From Alloascoidea hylecoeti (Eukaryota), in the NCBI GenBank assembly GCA_001600815.1, contig BCKZ01000016.1:547077-611076 (forward strand): a stretch of DNA of 64,000 nucleotides, written 5' to 3'. Position 1 is the first letter of the stretch; each line of letters opens with the position of its first letter. The position numbers and the translations under genes were made by a program. This document shows, piece after piece, positions 33,619-43,459 of the stretch. Under the pieces are notes generated by a model. It searched no databases and was not told the DNA's origin. It saw only the letters and a program-made list of their open reading frames with translations.

Positions 33619-33761
33619 GTTGCAATTAAAAGTATTGAAGAGAACAGGACACCTCCAGGTACTTATAAATTCAAAACACCTTCGAAATCTGAAACTCATC
33701 TGAAACCGAATGTCAATGGCAGTCACGTGTTGTGTATTCTCTACGCTATTATACTATACGC

Positions 33762-36521
33762 TTACTTAACCTCCACGTTGATCACGCTGTTCGGAAGCCC
33801 GGCCTCCTCGATCGTCCGCCCCCGCGCCACCTCCTGTAACAGCCCTCGTCGCAGCGTGCTCCTCAGCTCGAAGTATCTGTCGGGCTGCACCTGCTTCACC
33901 CGGCTCTTGACAATCTCATACACGGCTCGCACCTCGTCGTCCAACCTCATCCGTAGTACCATCTTGCTCCCGTCCCCCATTCGTAGCTGAATCCGCGTCG
34001 TCCTGCTCATGCCAGCTTCAGGCTCAACGTGGCCAATCGCTTTGATACTGCGAAATAATTCCCTCTCGGTCATTCGTGTAGTTGTGGGTATAGATTTATT
34101 CGTGACTGAGCTCTCCTTAACAGTAGGAAGTATACGAAGAGAATGCCTTTTTTCGGAAGCTCGGGGCTCTTTCAATTGAGAATGAGAGTGAATACTTATT
34201 GAAAATGGCCTTGATCGAGAACTTTGTGACTTTAATGATTCTGATTGACGGTCATAAACAGATGTAGAACGCCGATGAGATCGCGACTGCAACAAATCTG
34301 CATTATCCTTGATGAGATTTTCAACAACTTTTGGGGACCGTGAAGTCTTTGAAGCTGTATCCTCTGGGAGATACGGTTCTGTTTGTTGTGTATGGGGTCC
34401 CAGAAAATCAAACATCCATGAAAAAGCAGAGAAAACACTGGGCGCGACACTAGGTGCAACACTTGGTGCAACTGATCGAATAGATTGGGCTCTGCTGGGT
34501 GTTCTGGGTAATCTGTTGGTTGCTCTGCTAGGTGTTCTACTGGGTACAATGAATGGCACTCTACTATAGCTAGGTGCAATAGAAGGAGCAATGGATGAAG
34601 AAAATATGCTTTCAACATCTAACATTTTATTTGGGTCAGTTTCTTCGTCTTCATCAAGAGTAAAACGATGTTTTCGGTGTCTTCTACCGGCTGTTGATTT
34701 CTCCTTTTCCTTTGATTTGCGAGTTTCATCCTGTACCTTTTTGATCTCCTCTGATCTACCATTAGCCTCTGCAAGCGGAACGTCTTTCTTTGCTTCTTCT
34801 TGCCTAATTACCGATTTAACCGCCAATTTGTTCGATGGAGTAACCTCGATTGGCTCCTCCATGACACGGTCAATAATATGTTGCACTGATATATCGTAAT
34901 TATCCTGAGGGTCCTTAGTTCTCTTTGGTTCTTTTGACTTCATTACAGTTTTCTTTTTCAGTTTTGAAGATTCTTTCTTTTGATCTTTTGACGGAATATC
35001 TAGAATATCATTAATATCAATTATCTTAGTATTTGCAAGATTTTTATCCTTTTCAAGTATTGTACTCGTTTTAAAAGGATTTGCTGGCGATTTCGATCTC
35101 ATTATAGAATTTGTAGGTGATTTCGATCTAACTATATGATTTGTTGGTGATTTAGATTTAGCTATTGAGTCTTCTGGTGATTTAGCTAAAGAATCTTGCT
35201 CAAATTTTCTCTCGAAACTGTTATCAACTTTTTTATTTGCTATTACCGCGTTATCATCAGGTTTGATGTTCGGTTCATGATCATTACCTCTAACAGGTAA
35301 TTCTACAGTCTCGCCCATAGACTGTCTCAACGCAAGCTCGATTAGCTTATCATCACTTAACCCTTGAGGGTTATATTTAAATAAGTCACTCTCTGGCTTA
35401 TCTGGTGGTTTAGAAGATTTGACAGGTTTTGGAGTAGTTTCCGGATTATTCTTATTATCAATTTGTTTTACCTTTTTATGTTTATTATCATCAGTATTTC
35501 GATCTTTTTTTGTATATAAAAAATTTGTAATGCTTCGAACCCAATCTTCAATCTTTGGAACCTTTTCCCATGTTTTTAATCTTTCTGCAGTTTTTGGTTC
35601 TAAAATTGCAATATGTGGATATTTACCCACAGGATAAAAATTTGCATAATTAACAGCTTCTTTTGATGTTTTTTCATGTTGTAACAATATGAAATGCTCT
35701 TTAATCATCATTTTAACTTCTAGATCAGACCAAAAATCTTTATTAAGTAGCTGGCAATCAATAGTCGTTGAGTCTTGGATGTTGACTATAATCCATTTTC
35801 CTTCCTCTAATGCTAATTTTCTGGCACTTTGTAAATCAGTATGAGTTAAAATATCTGAGGGTGGTTTTGAATCAGATGGTAGATTTCCTATAGCCTCTAT
35901 TCCATCTAAATCTAGCATTAATTCTTTAGAATTATATTCGTTGTAACTGTCTATTACCGACTTAGGTGCATCTATTTTTGTGGGTTGTGGGATAGGTTCT
36001 TTTTTATGATCAGGATTAAGCTTATCTTTGGAGGATTTACGTTGTTTATTTTCATTATCTGGGTTTTTAGGTATAGGATCGCCAAGTTTATCAAGTTTCT
36101 TTTTCTTTCCATGTTTTGATTTTCGATGGTAAGCATCATCAAACTCTTTTTGAAGTTGTTTGGCAAGTTTCTCATCCTCTTGCATGGCTTTGCTCATTCT
36201 TAATCTTTGTGTCATCTGACTGTTTACCAACAAAATGGTATCATCATCAAGTAAGCTAGGACTAATAGACCTCGAAGATTGATATATTAATGGTGCTAGA
36301 GATTTACTTTGAGAAGAAGCAGCAGCAGGTTTATAATTATTGCTATAGTCCTCGGTGGATGCAGGATGGTCATTGTTATTATTTTCTAAGGAACCCCCTT
36401 TTTCAAAATACAGGGTGATTGCAGATTCCAAATCGTCATATGCTATACTCAAAAATTGTTGTGCGATTTTAACATCTTTTGTATCAGTGATATCTAAAAA
36501 CTGCTGTATTATTGTGCTCAT
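33762..36521 (-). CDS. UBX5: UBA-UAS-UIM-UBX Cdc48 cofactor (Ubx5/UBXN7-like) with a long low-complexity insertion
   Basis: N-terminal UBA-like QQFLDIT...DLESAITLYF, UAS domain KWIIVNIQD...CQLLNKDFWS...YPHIAILEP, UIM-like IELALRQSM and C-terminal UBX TTRIQLRMGDGSK...TIEEAGL. Lies close to GPI8, as UBX5 does in S. cerevisiae. Confidence 0.8.
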   Translation of the reverse strand: MSTIIQQFLDITDTKDVKIAQQFLSIAYDDLESAITLYFEKGGSLENNNNDHPASTEDYSNNYKPAAASSQSKSLAPLIYQSSRSISPSLLDDDTILLVNSQMTQRLRMSKAMQEDEKLAKQLQKEFDDAYHRKSKHGKKKKLDKLGDPIPKNPDNENKQRKSSKDKLNPDHKKEPIPQPTKIDAPKSVIDSYNEYNSKELMLDLDGIEAIGNLPSDSKPPSDILTHTDLQSARKLALEEGKWIIVNIQDSTTIDCQLLNKDFWSDLEVKMMIKEHFILLQHEKTSKEAVNYANFYPVGKYPHIAILEPKTAERLKTWEKVPKIEDWVRSITNFLYTKKDRNTDDNKHKKVKQIDNKNNPETTPKPVKSSKPPDKPESDLFKYNPQGLSDDKLIELALRQSMGETVELPVRGNDHEPNIKPDDNAVIANKKVDNSFERKFEQDSLAKSPEDSIAKSKSPTNHIVRSKSPTNSIMRSKSPANPFKTSTILEKDKNLANTKIIDINDILDIPSKDQKKESSKLKKKTVMKSKEPKRTKDPQDNYDISVQHIIDRVMEEPIEVTPSNKLAVKSVIRQEEAKKDVPLAEANGRSEEIKKVQDETRKSKEKEKSTAGRRHRKHRFTLDEDEETDPNKMLDVESIFSSSIAPSIAPSYSRVPFIVPSRTPSRATNRLPRTPSRAQSIRSVAPSVAPSVAPSVFSAFSWMFDFLGPHTQQTEPYLPEDTASKTSRSPKVVENLIKDNADLLQSRSHRRSTSVYDRQSESLKSQSSRSRPFSISIHSHSQLKEPRASEKRHSLRILPTVKESSVTNKSIPTTTRMTERELFRSIKAIGHVEPEAGMSRTTRIQLRMGDGSKMVLRMRLDDEVRAVYEIVKSRVKQVQPDRYFELRSTLRRGLLQEVARGRTIEEAGLPNSVINVEVK

Positions 36522-37002
36522 GATTATGACAGAGCCAATATTTATGTTGAAATGAAGTTAAATTTAAAGGGGTGCTTTCAGTTGGTTGAGGAGAGGAACA
36601 GGGGGATACGGGTCCGGTATTGTAATTATAAAACTGTTGACAGATTAGAATATTTGAAGATCCTAATTCATTGAAACGACAATGATAATTAATATTAAAA
36701 TTCACGTGTATTCTAAGTATGTATACAAGATGTGTATATAAACGTCTGGTGGTAGCAAATAGCTAGATACGGCCTGTGGATCCATCGATATTAATATTAG
36801 CATTGTTGTGAAGGAGGTTTCTGATCACAATGCAATATAGCCATACTATAGTACCATACTAAAAGTCAAGTCTAATCCATCTCACGCGGTGCGTGGCTGC
36901 AGCTTTTGCTCTTCAACCATAACTCCGAAAACCTCGATCCAAGAACTTCTTCTTCTCGTTTCTCCCCTTCACCATTAATCCTATTCTGGAGATCTCATTA
37001 GA

Positions 37003-39724
37003 ATGTCCGACAGTCCTCAAAGACCAACTAAAAAGTCTCGGAACAGAACAGCCATCTCTTGTACGATATGCCGCAAACGAAAAGTCAAGGTATGCTACAA
37101 ATGTTAATAAATTAGTGAAATCTATAATAATTATAAATATAATATATTTACTAATATGATATCATCGACTTTAGTGTGACCGTGGGAGACCGTCATGCTC
37201 AGCATGTGCCAAAGCTGGAATCACCTCGCTGTGTCGGTACGAAGAGCCGGTGTGGATCAAACTTCACCAGCAAGAAGAGAAGAAGACTACTGAAGTAGAA
37301 AGTGCTCTTCTGGAAGAAGTAAAGTTCCTGAAGGAAAGAATAAAAAGACTTGAGAAATCTTCCAGTTCAGTCCCCTCACCTGCTATCCCAATGACACCAG
37401 TAGCTACACATTTGCATTTGCCTAGCCCTACACCTTTTGTGGTTCCACCATCGTCGGTGCCGGTATCGGTTGCCTCTCAACAGTTCTCTTTACCTCCTAT
37501 CAGACCCTTCTTGAATGAATCACTGAATGTAAAAGGTTCTCAAACTACAAATAATCACAACTTAGATCTTTATGGACTTTATAGAAATCAACAACCTCTA
37601 GATGTAATAGCAAGTAATGAAAGGATGAATAGAGCCGAATTTAATCCTGAAATTTCTATTGCAAAAGAATTCTCAAGGCTTATTAGAAGAGGAAATAACT
37701 ACCGTACAAAATATTGTGATCCGCTGAGTTATATGGGCACAATTACAAACGATAAAGTGTTAGATGCTGCTTTCGTGAGGCTTATTCACAAGTTTCAATT
37801 CGTACAAAAAGGAAAACTCCAAGAACGCTTTAGATCACATCTTGAACGAGAATTTGAAAGAAAACACGTTAAATTATCCTTTGTTTTGAATGTACAGAAC
37901 AGGGATGAAACTGATCTAGTAAAGCAAGTTGAAAAACTTCTGCCATCGAGAAAAATCATAGATTTATACTTGGAACGTTATGCCGATTGTCTCTATTACA
38001 ATTATCCTATAATTGATATGGTATTATTCAAAGAAAAATTGGATATTATCTTGGGTACAGAAGATCAGGTTAAAATTGAAATCCCTTCAAATAATGTTAA
38101 TCTTGATTTATGTGCAATTCTGGCGAACCTTCTTATTATAATGCGTATATCATATATGACTATCCCTCCTAAAGATGATATTTCTTCATCTTCATCTAAA
38201 CAAGCAGTGTCAGAAGCAGATGACCCAGATACTCTTGATTCCCTTCGTGAACAAGCTATAGGTTCTACCTATGTTGAACTAGCAAGAGAATGTCTTTCAA
38301 ATTATAAGTTTAGGAGAACATCACTGGATGTTATTCAAAGTTTAACATTCCTAAGGATATATGTTATGCTTGCACCAGAAGATGGAGATGGTTGTGACGG
38401 ATCTGATAGTCAGACATTAATGGGTGTAATCACAAGAATGGCAGTTGGATATGGACTTCACCGGGATCCTGATAATTTCCAATATATTAAATCTGAAAGG
38501 ATAAAACATATTAGAAGAAAACTTTGGCATCAAATAATCTTTTTTGATGCTCTCCAAGCAATAAGACTTGGTAGTTTACTGTGCTTTGAAACCGAAGATT
38601 ATTGTGATACTTGCTTGCCGAAATTGTCCCCACCTTATGTAAATGATAACTCGGAAATTTTTGTTTTGAAATCCTATAATATGAGATATGAATACTATGA
38701 AATTCTTCGGGAGACTGCCCGTGTTTTACTTAGAATGAAGAATCCCCCTACAAAAACTGACATTGAAGCTCAATTGGGAAAATTGAAAAGATTTCATGAT
38801 TGCTACATTCACTTTCATGGTGCCCTTTATGATTTCAAAGAGAATGATTCAACATGTACACTTGGCCGTAAAGCCGGAGAGTTAATTTCTTCATTGACAA
38901 TTAAAACATTGATTGCCTCTGTTCATTATTTGGTATTTTTAAACAGTGAAAAGAACTTAAAGGATTATGATATTAAACATTTTCAGGATGCTCTAACTTT
39001 ATCCTTAGAGATTTCAGAAATTGTCAACACCAATTTAAAGAATGAGAATGGTTATATTCCTCATTTTATTGAATTTTTGATAATTCCTACATTATTAATA
39101 TCGGCACATCGTGTCCTATTGTTTTTTGCCACACTAATTATGAGATATCTTACCAAGACTGGCCCTTTTGTACCACTACAAAGAGAAGGGTGTATTGGAA
39201 ATGGTTCCTTTTTGGAGCTTGATATTAATGAATATAATTTGATTTGTGAACATTATAGAGAATTGGTTGGAACGATCAAAACTATATCATCTAAATATGT
39301 CCATGCTTGGAAATTGATTGTATCATTTGAGTCTATGATAACTGAAATTAATGATAACGCTAAGGATGCTGGAATGCCTCCAATCATGACATTACCTTCT
39401 ACCCATTGGACTCTGACCGAACCTAACAATGCTCAGTGTTGTAAAAAACTCAATAAAATTGCAGATTTTACATCAGATAAAAATGAAAATGATAATGATG
39501 TTCACCAATTAAGTCCAGAACCAATAACAGGAAATGCAATCAGTGATTCTTCATATGTATCAGTTCATAATCATGATGAATTGTATCCTTTTAATTTTGG
39601 AAATAATGGGGGTTCCTTATGGTTAGATCCATTTAATTATGATGTTAATATCTATGATGATTCGAAGGAATTTGGGCTCGACGAAGGAATCGGGACTTTT
39701 ATTTCCCAACAACAAAGTTGGTAG
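37003..39724 (+). CDS. Zn2Cys6 transcription factor, Mrr1/Hap1-like (copy A), intron 37090-37174
   Basis: Exon 1 MSDSPQ...SCTICRKRKVK, intron GTATGC...TACTAAT...TAG, exon 2 CDRGRPSCSACAKAGITSLCRY in frame with the 824-aa ORF. Middle homology region LAPEDGDGCDGSDSQ...GLHRDP. Confidence 0.9.
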
Positions 39725-40810
39725 TTTATTTAAATTTGTTACAATATAAGAAAATATATATGGTTGATGTATTAAAGAGATTGACACTTTAGAACTTTGA
39801 TTTTATTTACTCGTACTATAATATAACAATAATTTATTGTAGAAAAGGATAACATTATATGGGGTAAATGCCGAAATTGGTTTATGAATGGTTAAATCGA
39901 TGAAATGAGTTTGTCTTAAACAACCAGATACATTTTGTAACTGATAGAAATGACGGATAAATTATTTAGAACTTACAAAAGACGTTTATCGGATTGCATA
40001 TAGGATATCCTCATCATATGCGATAAAAATTCAAAACGTATGAATATATTTTGTTTATTTTGTACACCAATACTTGCATTTAACATTATACCGCGCGTAA
40101 ATGGCTCTCCAATGTGGCGAATTCAGAGTGGAAAAACTATATAAAAATGATAAATGGTGCTATTAAGCATATTTCATAATCAACAACATCTATTCCAAAT
40201 GCATAATCGATAATATCAGTTTGGAGCATCTCTGAACACCATACGTAATATCATGATTCATGACTATCTTTCGCAAGCAATCTCCCGAATGAATACCTTT
40301 ATTCTAAAGATTTTCAAAAACGTCTTTTCAGAGTACTAGTTGCCACATAGGGTCGACACAAGACTTACATTTTCACCCAATCTATTTCAAACCAAATTCA
40401 AAGGCATTTTTTGTCCATCTTCTAATCATGCGGTAATGAATTTAAATATCTCATTATACCATGATTATAGGCGAGTTAATGTATAGTATTATTAATTGTA
40501 TCAACTTGCAATTGGCTATCATAGAATTTTTCATCTATCATGATCATTATTACTTGTTTGTAAAATATCGATATTATAGATCACAGTACATGATTAGGCA
40601 ACATAACATCATCAATGGAATTCATAACTTATCGAATATTACCCGGTTTAACCTTAATTAGACCATAAAAGACCACAAAAAGTTTCTGCGGAAACATCGG
40701 TTGACCATATTTATGTAAGTTAGTAAGATTTATAATTAATACGCTCAAGTTTATTTTTGATAATTTCTAAAAATTTAAAACCAACCTGTCCACAATTGCA
40801 AAATTAAAGG

Positions 40811-43252
40811 ATGGCAAAAACTCATGTTCTTCCTAAATCCTGTTCCATCTGCAGGAGGAGACGAGTCAAGGTACGTTATGTATACGAAATATAATTATAA
40901 TTAGTAGTAAATCATATTAATCATCCTATTTAGTGTGATAGAAAATGTCCGTCTTGTACCAACTGTTTAAGACTAGGCTTTTCACACGTTTGTAAATATT
41001 ACGAACAAGAGAGAGAGGAAGATAGGCTTAAGGCGGAGAATATAGAATTTACCAAAAAGATAGAACAACTAGAGTTGATATTAGAAGAACAAAAAAAATA
41101 CAAGATAAAACAAGAACAAAATGCATCAGAAGCAAATGATCCTGCTTTGATGATTTCAAATTTTCAGACACTACAAGTGGGAGATGGAACAGCTGTTCAT
41201 TATGGAGCAACTTGCAGCTACACATTTTTAACTAAAGATCCAGTTCTTATTGAAGTTTACAACGCATTTATGAAAGCCAAGTTCAATATTGAAAGAACCC
41301 GTGGAGTTGAAATTACTCCAGTGAAACCTTCAATGTTTTATACGTTAGGGTACTCTTCGAAAGCAGGACAAGATATCCGGAAAGAAATTCTTAATAAAGT
41401 CGAAACTATGTTGCCTGATAAGCCCATGTGTGATTTAATAATGAAAAATTTCTTGAGCATTTCCTCTGGGATGTGGCCTTTTCTTGATATCTCATATATC
41501 ACTTCAGATTTTAGAAATATCACTGATATTACTCCAGATAATAGATACAAATTTAGACTTGATGACGATTCATCATGTATAATATTCTGTATATTCTTGG
41601 TGGTTTTAAGATTGGGATATGTGACGCTTCCATTCTTTTATGGAGAAGGGAGCAAAATTCTTTCAAATCCCCAATATTCAATTTATAAACCATTGATGGA
41701 TAATAATGTGAAATTAAGTCCGGAAATCGTTCAAGTAGCTGAAATGATGTTTTCATCCGTTTCAAATAATCAAGCAGATTCTGCATCTTTTCAATTCTTA
41801 TTGTGTTTAATAATATATCGAATTGGATTCTCGGGTGATCATTATAGAATGTCCAACTCCTATAATAGCAGAATGCTACTAGCAAGAATCATACAAACTG
41901 CAATTATTATGGGATACCATAGAGATCCAGATATTATTATGCCAAATGCGCCTGCTGAAATTAAGAACATGAGAAGAATCTACTGGACCTTTTTGATTTT
42001 CATGGATAGTCAACAATCATTTTTATATGGGAAGCCATTGATTGTAAATAAGCGTATGACCGATACAAAAAAACCGGTAATGTACCCTGAATATCAGCAA
42101 TCTCAATCAAAAGCTAAATGGATTGAATATTATCAGCTTCTACATGAAATGACACCATGCTTTCAAGATGGAACTGAATTAATTTTGGGACTAAAGAATC
42201 GACTACATAATTCAGATTTAGAAAACCTCTCAGATAGAATATTGAAATTAATCAATTCCCAGCTTACTCCTGCGGCCGAGATTGTCAATCGATTAACAAA
42301 TGGTGATTATTCTCTGAAATCAAGTGATATTAGACAGCTTTTATGTCGAACAGTATTAACTTCACAATATCATGCTTGTTATTATATCATGTATATGAAT
42401 TGTAGTGAAGATGAAAGAGAACTTCAACATCATTATTTGAAGCGCGGATTATGCGCTGCTGTGGTGAACCTTAGGCTTTCGGCAATTATTCTACAAACTT
42501 GTCAACAAACCTATTCATATGCTATGCTTCCTTATTTATGTTCTATACTTTTATTGAACATGAATAGAGCTTTGTTATTCATTATATCTATTTTCATAAG
42601 GTCACAAAAGGAGGAGTATAGGTTTTCTATACATCCCATGAAACCATTATATCAACCAATTGATATTGTGGATCTTGGACTTGATACTGAAGTGGAACCA
42701 TATGAAAAGTCACTATTATATTATCCAAAGTTGCTTTATGAACTATTACATACGTTTTATGGAAAGAATACCATAACATTCGCATATTCAACAGTCATTT
42801 GGGTTCTTATTGGTGTCGCTGAAAGAGGAATACATCAAAAGGACTTAGAATGGGAATTAGGCCCACTAATTAACGGTCTTATGAATCAAAGTTTGGGAGA
42901 TGAGAAGCGGGAAATTAACAAGCAGTATCCAGAGGTGATAGAAACTCAAAGACATTCGTATACCAATCCTACTATCAATACTAATAATAATTTTATAAAA
43001 ACCGAGAATAATAATAATAATAATTATAAGGAATTTACCTATGCTTCGAATAATCCATATACGCATGCTCCAATCGTTGATTCACTACCTACAGACTCTC
43101 AGTATTGGGAAGGATTATACTACGATGATGAATATGTTGACATGATTGATTACAACTCAACGAGACCTCTCGTTTCTGATCTCTTTGCTCAACCAGATGT
43201 TTTGGGCTCTTTCTTGTACCAAGGAGATGATGGGCCTCCCCAGCATTTATAG
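40811..43252 (+). CDS. Zn2Cys6 transcription factor, Mrr1/Hap1-like (copy B), intron 40871-40933
   Basis: Exon 1 MAKTHVLPKSCSICRRRRVK, intron GTACGT...TATTAAT...TAG, exon 2 CDRKCPSCTNCLRLGFSHVCKY in frame with the 725-aa ORF. Contains the GYHRDP motif. Confidence 0.9.
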
Positions 43253-43459
43253 ACATTATATATTTTAGGGTAGTTGTATTATATTTTGCATTTTTTGATA
43301 ATTAATACTTTTTAGTATGTATCTGCAGCAATCAAAAAAGGCGATTTCCAGTTGCCACTTACCATTACCCTACCTTTTTCTCTGAAATAAGACATATACA
43401 CTTAAATAACAGTTCGCTCGATTATATCAGAAGCCTGTACTTCTTCTCTCTACTTTACC

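Noticed and set aside
33452..33990. Plus-strand Gly-rich ORFs opposite STE12 and UBX5
   Set aside because: Antisense shadows of GC-rich coding sequence.
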